DNA from: Tolypothrix carrinoi HA7290-LM1 | GTDB lineage: Bacteria > Cyanobacteriota > Cyanobacteriia > Cyanobacteriales > Nostocaceae | Assembly (NCBI GenBank): GCA_019358935.1 | Contig: JAHHIK010000054.1 | Coordinates: 1 to 56,240, forward strand | Length of the DNA: 56,240 nucleotides | Direction of reading: 5' to 3' | Part shown: piece after piece, positions 8,471 to 22,443 of the stretch | How the letters are laid out: the number at the start of each line of letters is the position of its first letter | Position numbering within the stretch: the first letter of the stretch is position 1 | The notes under the pieces: generated by a model | The model's database searches: none | What the model saw: the letters and a program-made list of their open reading frames with translations, nothing else | Told to the model about the DNA's origin: nothing | Translations under genes and position numbers: made by a program

Positions 8471-9718
8471 GTGAAACCCCGACGAAATCACCGACAAAGG
8501 TTCCTAAAGCCTATCATTGAAAGCGTGCGGAAAATTAGCACTTATCTGGGACAACGAAGGCGGGCAATTCTTGTTGTGATACTTCTACTCCTATCTTTTG
8601 GCATTGTTCTTGCAGGTATTTTGCCTAGTCGTCAAATTTTTGAAGGTAACTTAGTAGTCACAAATCTTAGCTTTACTTACATTGGCGAAGAACCTAACAA
8701 ACTATTTCTTAATAATATCCGAGGGATTTCTCAACTTGAGGGAGAGGGTAATCAAACGCTTATATTGAACGGTAGATTTTCCACCCCCTCAAATCAAGCT
8801 TTAAACAAACAATTACTTCAACGTAATTCCCTGACAATTAAATTACCCCATGAAAAAAGTCAATGGATAATTAATCCGGCGACAAACAAGCAACCGAGTG
8901 AATTAAAAATATCAGAATTAAAACTTCAGACAAACACATCTATTGATTCCCTCAGCTACAAGCCTTACAATCGGAAATTGTCGCTGTCAATTAAATCAAG
9001 TGAAGCTGCTCAACTTGCCCTTGAGCTAGGAGAATACCCAATTAAATTTACCTTCACAGGTTATCAGTTAGAAGAATTGAAATTAAAGGATAGTCCAGAA
9101 AGCCTTGAATTAGTTTTTCAACCAAATAATCCTCAGCTTAATCTTTCCCTTACCAAATTAACCCGTTTATCAGTTAACTTGCCCGATCCTCGCAAAGTTA
9201 GTTCTGAAGATTGGCTATGGGGAGATTTAGCAGTTAAAAATGTACATTTTGAACAATCAAAGCAAACAGGAAGAAACGTCAATGATGAAAAATATAACTC
9301 TACTATAATTAAAGGGCAAATTCGTATGGGTGAGCGAGAACTGAAAGTTGAATCTAATCAGTTTCTCCTCATTAGCAAACCAGGAATTAAGCGCTTACTC
9401 AACTTAGAAGTTATTCCACCCAAACCACCTCAAGAAATTAATGTCCAAATTGCGGGTGAAACTGTAGAAGTATCTGCTCCCCCTGAAGGGTTGGAAGTTC
9501 GGCTTGTAGGTGAGGCAGACCAGATTCAAGTTGGGCTAGACCGCCGGTTCCCAGTAAGGAGCATTAAGTCAAGTTTCCTAGCAAACTTTTTCTCCAATGA
9601 TGTCTTAATTGCTATAATTTCCTTTTTCAGTGCTGCTGTAGTTTCTTTATTAACGTGGATAGTCAATGACTTTCTATCCTGGTTATCTGCTAATTCTCAA
9701 TCAGCGGCAAAACCTTAA
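8471..9718 (+). CDS. Hypothetical membrane protein (N- and C-terminal TM, large beta-rich extracytoplasmic domain)
   Basis: Basic N-terminus plus hydrophobic helix; second helix near the C-terminus; starts 3 nt after the previous stop. Confidence 0.75.
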   Translation: MKPRRNHRQRFLKPIIESVRKISTYLGQRRRAILVVILLLLSFGIVLAGILPSRQIFEGNLVVTNLSFTYIGEEPNKLFLNNIRGISQLEGEGNQTLILNGRFSTPSNQALNKQLLQRNSLTIKLPHEKSQWIINPATNKQPSELKISELKLQTNTSIDSLSYKPYNRKLSLSIKSSEAAQLALELGEYPIKFTFTGYQLEELKLKDSPESLELVFQPNNPQLNLSLTKLTRLSVNLPDPRKVSSEDWLWGDLAVKNVHFEQSKQTGRNVNDEKYNSTIIKGQIRMGERELKVESNQFLLISKPGIKRLLNLEVIPPKPPQEINVQIAGETVEVSAPPEGLEVRLVGEADQIQVGLDRRFPVRSIKSSFLANFFSNDVLIAIISFFSAAVVSLLTWIVNDFLSWLSANSQSAAKP

Positions 9719-9814
9719 TAATCTATAATGTGGTTTTACCTATTATTCAAGAAAAGCTGATACTCTGGGAAAATATTCTTCGCCTCTGGCAGGGAGAAAG
9801 TAAGAATTTTTAGG

Positions 9815-9880
9815 TCATGCAAGAGTAGCTGTTTGACTTTGTGCCGCGAGAGCGATCGCCTGTGGTAAAATTCGATGTTC
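9815..9880 (-). pseudogene. purN: Duplicated 3' end of purN
   Basis: Translates EHRILPQAIALAAQSQTATLA*, versus EHRILPIAIALAAQRQPQATIMSS* in the intact purN; 17-bp identity 9864-9880 = 13030-13046. Confidence 0.8.
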
Positions 9881-10159
9881 TAAGACTTACGCACTGTACA
9901 AATAAACCATTAGTGCATCAACGACACTGCGCCAAGCCGCACGGATGCAGTTCACAATATAGCACGCACGTCAAGACGCGAATTTAATTAAGCAAACGAT
10001 AGCTTATACTATATTTTACATTTAGTTCCACCTATGGAAACATATAGGTCTGACTCAGTTTTCCTAGGCGTTGGATACTTCTACAAATCGGTGTGGCGAT
10101 CGCCTCTTTATCCAAGCAACATAACCAAACCTTATCGCACCAACTACAGAATAGCCGAA

Positions 10160-10720
10160 GTGTTTCTTGCTTTAATTACTTTTGGTTCTAACTATGAAGC
10201 TAAGTCCAACCTGGTCAAAGCGTTAAAAGCTCTCAATCAACAGGTACAGATATTGGCTGTATCTCCAGTATACGAAAACCCAGCCATTAGCAAAACGACT
10301 GCAACACCTTATCTCAATGGTGCCTGCTTAGTAAAGACAAGTTTACAAGCACTTGAGCTGCATGAGCAAGTGTTGCGCCCTATAGAGGATAGTTTAGGTC
10401 GAATTCGGGGAGAGGAAGGCAAAGTTAAATGTAGCATCGACCTAGACCTTGTACTTTACGACAAACAAATTCTGTCAACTCCTGACCTGCAATTGCCAGC
10501 GCCGGATATTTTACAATACGCCTATGTAGCTCTGCCACTAGGGTTTCTGGTGCCTGATTGGATTCATCCAATAACAAAACAGACGATGGCTGAAATCGCA
10601 AATCGATTTTTCCAACAAAAGGCTACCTTTTATCATCAAGTAGAGGTGAATGAAGCGATCGGCGCTAGCCTTCGGCAACGCCAAGGGCGAACGCTGCTGC
10701 GCTTCGCGCTTCGCAGCTGA
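10160..10720 (+). CDS. folK: 2-amino-4-hydroxy-6-hydroxymethyldihydropteridine diphosphokinase (HPPK)
   Basis: ALITFGSN, VSPVYENPA, YLNGAC, IEDSLGRIR, IDLDLVLY motifs; start uncertain (GTG 10160 preferred); C-terminus carries a small repeat insertion. Confidence 0.82.
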   Translation: MFLALITFGSNYEAKSNLVKALKALNQQVQILAVSPVYENPAISKTTATPYLNGACLVKTSLQALELHEQVLRPIEDSLGRIRGEEGKVKCSIDLDLVLYDKQILSTPDLQLPAPDILQYAYVALPLGFLVPDWIHPITKQTMAEIANRFFQQKATFYHQVEVNEAIGASLRQRQGRTLLRFALRS

Positions 10721-10745
10721 GTTATCTGCCTATACCCTATCAACC

Positions 10746-12236
10746 ATGAAACCGATACAACCTTGGCATTTTAGAAAGCTGCCTCTTTTTAAACTTAGTG
10801 GAGCGCAAGTCTTCGAGGCACTATTTCTCAATCCTAGAGGTGAAACCAGCAATTGTCATGTGTCATCGTTGCAGGGTCGTTCCCGTCAGCGTATTGCAAC
10901 TCTTCTAGAAAGCCCAGTTACGCCTAGCACTCACCTAGCTCGATATTCTATTTGTGCAGGTTCTCCCCGCTTGATAGAGGGTCAACAGAGGCTATGGACA
11001 CCGCCTTTAGGAGATATTCTTCCGTTTTTGCGCTGTCTGCTCAATCATCAAAATGAAGACGCGAGTATAAATGCAGAATCGATTGTGCCTTGTGAACTTC
11101 CCTTTACAGGTGGTTGGTTGGGATGGCTCGGATATGACTTGGCATGGGAGATTGAGCAATTGCCCCAACACAAAGTTGATCCGCTTCCTTTCCCGATCGC
11201 CTACTGGTATGAACCCGAATCGTTTGCAGTCGCAGATCATCAACAGCAAATTCTTTGGTTAGCCGCTACTGACTTGGCTCAACTTACAGTAATGCAAAGT
11301 CAGCTAGAGCAAGCAGATGAAGAGAGGGGAACGCAAAATTTACCGCCGGATGTCAAAACTAATCCTGTAACTTGCATTTTCCAAATGTCTCAGGAAGATT
11401 ATATAGCGGCGGTGCAGCAAGCTAAAAAATATATTCAAGCTGGCGACATCTTTCAGGCTAATTTGTCCTTAAGGTTTGAAGCGCATACCCCTTTTGATAG
11501 CTGGTCAATTTATCGAGCTTTGCAGCAAATAAATCCTTCCCCCTTTGCTAGTTATTGGCAGACTCCTTGGGGCGCAATTATTAGCTGTTCACCTGAAAGG
11601 CTGGTACAGTTATCAGGAAGGCAAGTTGAAACTCGACCGATCGCCGGAACGCGATCGCGTGGCGCCACCCCCACGGCTGATGAGCAGTTAGCACAAGAGT
11701 TAATCAGCAACACCAAGGAAAGAGCGGAACACATCATGCTTGTTGACTTAGAGCGCAATGACATCGGCAGAGTCTGCGAGTGGGGGTCTGTAAAAGTCGA
11801 TGAACTTTTGACAATTGAACGCTACAGCCATGTCATGCACCTTGTCAGCAATGTTATTGGTACGCTACATCCAAACTATGACGCTGTAGATTTGATTCGA
11901 GGTGTGTTTCCTGGGGGTACGATTACTGGCTGTCCGAAAGTTCGTTGTATGGAAATTATTGAAGAACTCGAACCTGTAAAGCGCAACTTATTTTACGGTT
12001 CCTGCGGTTATCTGGATTGGCGGGGAAACCTCGATTTAAATATTCTGATTCGCACGCTCCTATATACTAATATGAGCGATTCTACATCTGAGGCAATTGT
12101 TTGGGGACAAGTTGGTGCTGGCATTGTTGCAGATAGCGACCCTCAAAAAGAATGGTATGAGTCTCTACAGAAAGCACAAGCTCAACTCAATGCTCTAAAC
12201 CTGGCTGTTGATATTTCATCAAAATACCGCCAGTAA
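10746..12236 (+). CDS. pabB: Aminodeoxychorismate synthase component I / anthranilate synthase I family
   Basis: FTGGWLGWLGYDL, GDIFQANLS, SPERL, RPIAGTRSRG, KERAEHIMLVDLERND, FPGGTITGCPK; adjacency to folK favours PabB over TrpE. Confidence 0.8.
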   Translation: MKPIQPWHFRKLPLFKLSGAQVFEALFLNPRGETSNCHVSSLQGRSRQRIATLLESPVTPSTHLARYSICAGSPRLIEGQQRLWTPPLGDILPFLRCLLNHQNEDASINAESIVPCELPFTGGWLGWLGYDLAWEIEQLPQHKVDPLPFPIAYWYEPESFAVADHQQQILWLAATDLAQLTVMQSQLEQADEERGTQNLPPDVKTNPVTCIFQMSQEDYIAAVQQAKKYIQAGDIFQANLSLRFEAHTPFDSWSIYRALQQINPSPFASYWQTPWGAIISCSPERLVQLSGRQVETRPIAGTRSRGATPTADEQLAQELISNTKERAEHIMLVDLERNDIGRVCEWGSVKVDELLTIERYSHVMHLVSNVIGTLHPNYDAVDLIRGVFPGGTITGCPKVRCMEIIEELEPVKRNLFYGSCGYLDWRGNLDLNILIRTLLYTNMSDSTSEAIVWGQVGAGIVADSDPQKEWYESLQKAQAQLNALNLAVDISSKYRQ

Positions 12237-12341
12237 GTGATTTGTGCGATCGCTGTTTTAGCTACATAGGAACATGGTTTGATGGTTTTACATAAGAGTT
12301 TCTTCTTTGATCCTACGGTTAGTCAGATCCTCGGTGAACTC

Positions 12342-12842
12342 ATGGATATTAGACGTGGCTACCAAAGCTGGTTGGGAGTTACCTACGCGCACCATCACGA
12401 CAGTACCGGAAAGGCGCAGCCAATCAGGACGTTTCCTAAAGAAACCGTCTCAGTGTATGATGCTCGCTGGGGAACGACCCAGTGCTTCAGGGACGGCATA
12501 GACTCAAGCGGTTTGTACGAAGTGTCATGGACCTGCGTTGACGGTCAGGTTAGAGTTGTAGCTTACTCCACAGTTGACGTTGGCAGAGGCGATACTGTAG
12601 AGCATTCCTTACTCGAACGCTACCTTCCCAGACTGCAAGGGTATGGAGATGGGGTGGAAATATTTGCATTTAACAAAAATGTCCCTCTCCAAGGGAAGGT
12701 GCTATTCGAGAGCGAGCATAGTTTCGGAGTCCGAACACAAAGCGCCTGCGCCGAGCGGCTGAAGGACAGCATCCCTAGAGGGTGGTACGACCGGGATTTT
12801 AAAGTCGTCATTCGATACAGCAAAGAGCTAGTACCGATGTGA
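12342..12842 (+). CDS. Hypothetical protein (ORFan-like, GC-richer than its neighbours)
   Basis: Open frame 12279-12842, ATG at 12342; no motif recognised. Confidence 0.5.
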   Translation: MDIRRGYQSWLGVTYAHHHDSTGKAQPIRTFPKETVSVYDARWGTTQCFRDGIDSSGLYEVSWTCVDGQVRVVAYSTVDVGRGDTVEHSLLERYLPRLQGYGDGVEIFAFNKNVPLQGKVLFESEHSFGVRTQSACAERLKDSIPRGWYDRDFKVVIRYSKELVPM

Positions 12843-12971
12843 TTAATTGTATTCGCTCATGCTATCTTTTCTACCCTGGACGATCGCACAAATTTTTTCT
12901 TGGAACCGATGAAATGCACAAAAGTTGCTCTCGTTCCCTACCTGAGTCATAAAACGATAAAGTAAGTATTT

Positions 12972-13634
12972 TCACGAGGACATTATTGTAGCCTGTGGTT
13001 GACGTTGTGCTGCCAGGGCGATCGCAATCGGTAAAATTCGATGTTCCTCAACTTGAATTCTGGCGTGAAGCGTTTCTGGTGTATCATCAGGCAATACTGG
13101 CACCGCTGCTTGCATCAAAATTGCACCGCTATCCATTTCCAAACACACCAAATGCACCGTACAGCCTGCAATTTTCACACCAGCGGCAAGAGCTTGTTCT
13201 ACGGCATTAACTCCTTTAAAACTGGGTAACAAACTCGGATGAATATTGATAATCTTATCAGGAAAGGCATCAATTAAAACCGGTGTCACCAATCGCATCC
13301 AACCTGCCATAATCACCCATTCTACATCATATTGCCGCAAAGTTTGCACAATTTCTCCATCAAATTCTTCGCGGTTTTTGTATCTGCGGTGGTCTAAAAA
13401 TACAGATGGTACGCCCCAATTTTCAGCGCGTACAGCTGCTTTCGTCGAGGAATTATTGTAAATCAAAACTTGAATTTGAGCCGCAAGTTCCCCATTTTTA
13501 ATTGCTTCGGCAACAGCTTCAAAATTGCTGCCATTTCCAGAAGCCATGATTCCCAATTTTAAAGGTGCTGACATCAGCTTTTTGGGAAAAACATTGGGTG
13601 ATATCAAGCTGGGGGTTACTGAATTCATACTCAT
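12972..13634 (-). CDS. purN: Phosphoribosylglycinamide formyltransferase
   Basis: MASGNGSNFEA, MAGWMR, NIHPSLLPSFKG, GCTVH, DSGAILMQAAVP, EEHRIL. Confidence 0.96.
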   Translation of the reverse strand: MSMNSVTPSLISPNVFPKKLMSAPLKLGIMASGNGSNFEAVAEAIKNGELAAQIQVLIYNNSSTKAAVRAENWGVPSVFLDHRRYKNREEFDGEIVQTLRQYDVEWVIMAGWMRLVTPVLIDAFPDKIINIHPSLLPSFKGVNAVEQALAAGVKIAGCTVHLVCLEMDSGAILMQAAVPVLPDDTPETLHARIQVEEHRILPIAIALAAQRQPQATIMSS

Positions 13635-13640
13635 GCTTTG

Positions 13641-14576
13641 TTAACGTAGAAGACTGGAACCAGCAGGACATTGAATTTGCCCCCCTTCCTTACTAGGGAT
13701 AAATTTTAGCATTACTGGTGGTATTTTTGAAGGACTATTAGTTTCACAAATTCCAGCAATTGTCAAGTTTTCTTTATTAACTTTAGTTGCAAATACAGCA
13801 CTAGTATAGCTTTTGCTTTCCGGACTTTTGGCAGTAGCTGTCATCATCACCCTGGAAGTTGATTTGCCTTGAGGTAGAATTTTGTATTGATAACTTTCAG
13901 TTTCTGGCTTGATACCAACAGCAAGTTGCTCAATTGTTGTCGCAAACTTATTGTTTTCTAAATAATAAGCTTGCTGTGCGCGGTTCATAGCGGTAATAAT
14001 TTGTTTACCTTCCACTGCTGTCTGACTGCTAGCTTGCTTTTCTGGTTCACCATTGAAAACTTGCACATTTTCTGGCAAAGTCGTTGCATCAGAAACTTTT
14101 TCAAATATCATTGCGTTAGCAGAAAAAGCATTTGGTCTAGGTTGTCCCGGATTAGTACCATGTAACTGCAACCGCATTTTACCATCAGCAAGAAACTCAA
14201 AAATTGTTAATACCGGTTCTGCACTACTTGGTATTGTTACATCCAAGTGCATCGGTTTGAAAGTCGGATTAATGCGATACTGAAATTCTAAGGCAACAGG
14301 AGTATTCGAGTTAGATGGTAGCGAGAATAATTTTCCTTGTGGAGTGAAAATGAAAATTAAGGTTTCTGAGGATGAAGGGTCTTTAGCTTTCCATTGCCCT
14401 AATAATTTCTGGTTAACATTTGTAGCATTACCTCTTTGAGATTGGGGCGGTAAGGGTGTAATTTGGTTTTCAGCTAGTACTGTTGTGTTGAGTGTAGCCA
14501 GAAGCCCGATAATTATGCTATTGGTCAGCAATTGAAGAGTGTGCCGTTTGTTAATTTTTAGTAGGTTTGGATACAT
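13641..14576 (-). CDS. Secreted protein with C-terminal type IV pilin-like G/H domain
   Basis: AMNRAQQAYYLENNKFATTIEQL.GIKPETESYQY...KSYTSAVF...ICET...CPAGS; N-terminal signal and LLGQWK beta domain. Confidence 0.8.
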   Translation of the reverse strand: MYPNLLKINKRHTLQLLTNSIIIGLLATLNTTVLAENQITPLPPQSQRGNATNVNQKLLGQWKAKDPSSSETLIFIFTPQGKLFSLPSNSNTPVALEFQYRINPTFKPMHLDVTIPSSAEPVLTIFEFLADGKMRLQLHGTNPGQPRPNAFSANAMIFEKVSDATTLPENVQVFNGEPEKQASSQTAVEGKQIITAMNRAQQAYYLENNKFATTIEQLAVGIKPETESYQYKILPQGKSTSRVMMTATAKSPESKSYTSAVFATKVNKENLTIAGICETNSPSKIPPVMLKFIPSKEGGQIQCPAGSSLLR

Positions 14577-14711
14577 TATGCTTACATACTAGTTGAATAA
14601 CAGGATCTTAAACTCTTGTGAATTGATCCGCTACTCAGCAAACAGCCAGGATAACTACCTGTAAAGGATTATAGCTTTTTCAACTAAAATTTTGAATATT
14701 AACAAGCTTTT

Positions 14712-15593
14712 ATGACATTACCACGATCGCGTCAATTTTTAGATAACGATACAGTAGCTGCCTGGATTTTTCTTACCCCAGCATTGATTTTACTATTCAT
14801 CTTTCTTCTTTACCCGATCGCCTATTTATTTTTCCTCAGCTTCACCGCTGGTAGTTTCACTTCCACAGGCATTTATTGGGTAGGATTGAAAAATTACTCG
14901 CGTTTGTTAATCAACCCGGATTTTTGGCAAGTTCTCAATAACACGTCTTATTTTGCGATCGCCAGCGTCATTCCCAGTATAATTATTCCTTTAGGATTGG
15001 CGGCGTTATTAAATCGCAACTTGCCATTGCGAGGAATTCTCCGAAGTGTTTATTTTCTCCCTTCAATTATCTCTTTAGTTGCGGCTGGTTTAGGATTTCG
15101 CTGGTTATTTCAAACCTCAGGACCAGTTAACGCAGCTTTAAATTTGTTTGGTATTTCTCCTATTCCTTGGTTGGGAGATACATTTTGGGCAATGCCAGTA
15201 TTAATTTTATTAAGTATTTGGAAACAACTTGGTTTCAATATGGTGGTATTTTTGGCAGGGTTGCAAGCCATTCCCCCCAGTCGTTACGAAGCAGCCGAAC
15301 TTGATGGCGCAAATGCTTGGCAACAATTTTGGTATATTACTTTACCAGGATTGCGACCGACTTTAATCTTTGCGATCGTTACTACTGTGATTTTCACATT
15401 GCGGAGTTTTGAGCAAGTTTATGTAATTACAGGTGGTGGTCCATTGAATTCTACCAATTTATTAGTTTATTACATATACCAAGAAGCATTTGGTCAATTT
15501 GATTTTGGTTACGCAGCAGCAGCAGCAACAGTATTGTTAGCAGTGACGCTGGTATTAGTTTACTTGCAATTGCGAACTTGGGGCGAGGATTGA
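14712..15593 (+). CDS. Carbohydrate ABC transporter permease
   Basis: EAA loop YEAAELDGANAWQQFWYITLP; TGGGP; six TM helices. Confidence 0.93.
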   Translation: MTLPRSRQFLDNDTVAAWIFLTPALILLFIFLLYPIAYLFFLSFTAGSFTSTGIYWVGLKNYSRLLINPDFWQVLNNTSYFAIASVIPSIIIPLGLAALLNRNLPLRGILRSVYFLPSIISLVAAGLGFRWLFQTSGPVNAALNLFGISPIPWLGDTFWAMPVLILLSIWKQLGFNMVVFLAGLQAIPPSRYEAAELDGANAWQQFWYITLPGLRPTLIFAIVTTVIFTLRSFEQVYVITGGGPLNSTNLLVYYIYQEAFGQFDFGYAAAAATVLLAVTLVLVYLQLRTWGED

Positions 15594-15897
15594 GGGGGAG
15601 AGTGGGGGACAAGGGGGACAAGGGGGACAAGGGGACAAGGGGGACAAGGAGACAAGGGGACAAGGGGGACAAGGAGACAAGGAGACAAGGAGACAAGGGG
15701 GACAAGGGGGACAAGGAGATAATTAACTCCTAACAACTAACTCCTAACTCCTAACTCCTAACAACTAACTCCTAACTCCTAACTCCCAACTCCCAACTCC
15801 TAACTCCTAACTCCTAACTCCTAACTACTAACTCCTAACTACTAACTCCTAACTACTAACTCCTAACTCCTAACTCCTAACTACTAACTACTAACTA

Positions 15898-15903
<6 letters not shown>
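15594..15903. repeat. STRR arrays (GGGGACAAG)n and (CTAACTC)n
   Basis: Long tandem arrays between convergent genes. Confidence 0.92.
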
Positions 15904-21384
<5,481 letters not shown>

Positions 21385-21507
21385 TTTCAGGGGTTAAATC
21401 AAAGGAGTGGGAATTTTTTGTCCAATATTAACCTACATTTAGGGTAATCTATTCTGGAGATACCGCTTCGGGCGATCGCAACCGTCCATATAAATTTTTG
21501 ACGAATC

Positions 21508-21559
21508 GTAGAGACGTTCTACTAGAACGTCTCTACAATCGGCAGAACGTCTCTACAAT
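21508..21559. repeat. GTAG-type REP-like palindrome plus partial copy
   Basis: GTAGAGACGTT-CTACTAG-AACGTCTCTAC; a related copy at 31368-31397. Confidence 0.75.
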
Positions 21560-21626
21560 ACGTTGATATCAACATATATTGCAAAATCATCCCGTAAAAA
21601 AGCAACGCCAATTTTTTTACTTATAT

Positions 21627-22328
21627 TTACAAAGAAGTGTTAATAAATTCGCGTCTTTGCTCTCTAGCCTGCTCTATATTATGTAGAGTGTTCAAAGACA
21701 AAAAGCCAAAACCGACTTTAGAGGCAAGATCCAGCAACGTAAAAAACATTGTTTCCGCACCTTGAGCAAAAACGTTAAACCCCTCTGTTCCTAAAATCCA
21801 CACAACCGGATAAAGCGTCCACAATACTAAATGCACTGTCACCAACTTGCGGAATGCTTGCTTTGATTTTGGGTGATTGCGTTCAGCCTCAATCCGATAC
21901 TGATTTAACAACATATAAGCAACTGCAAGATAAGCAGCGCAACTGACAATATACCAGATATAGCTAATAGGTTTAGGTGAAATCGTCGCCACAAAACCAG
22001 TAGCAATCATATAGGCATTTGCTCCTAACAAGCTACCAGTAATTGGTAAACTAGTTCTGCCTAAAAAAGTCAGATCCAGCAGCAACAGCGGAGTTGACAA
22101 AAACCAAGTTACATATCGTACCCAATAAGTAGGGCGATCGTTAATAATATTAACACCTTGTTTAAGTGCCATAGCTAGATAAAGTCCAGCAGCAATCAAG
22201 CAAATAAAGAAATTCAGTGTATATAATATTTTCCACTGCTCATTTTTAGCATTGTGTGCGCCAAATCCGAAAAAAATTCCACCCAAAGCCATACCGATAA
22301 CACCAGTCCACAGCCAAGCTTGAATCAT
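21627..22328 (-). CDS. Microbial rhodopsin, cyanobacterial halorhodopsin type (TSD motif; predicted light-driven Cl- pump)
   Basis: Seven TM helices; helix C RYVTWFLSTPLLLLD gives T74/S78/D85; retinal lysine in DLASKVGFG; strongly resembles Mastigocladopsis repens rhodopsin as recalled. Confidence 0.93.
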   Translation of the reverse strand: MIQAWLWTGVIGMALGGIFFGFGAHNAKNEQWKILYTLNFFICLIAAGLYLAMALKQGVNIINDRPTYWVRYVTWFLSTPLLLLDLTFLGRTSLPITGSLLGANAYMIATGFVATISPKPISYIWYIVSCAAYLAVAYMLLNQYRIEAERNHPKSKQAFRKLVTVHLVLWTLYPVVWILGTEGFNVFAQGAETMFFTLLDLASKVGFGFLSLNTLHNIEQAREQRREFINTSL

Positions 22329-22443
22329 ATTTAATTTCTCACTAATATTAATTAATCAAGTAAATTTTCACATCGGAAAGCTTATTTTTAATTTTGCCAG
22401 ACTTACTCACTTCAACAATACTTCTAAATACATATTTTTGTAG

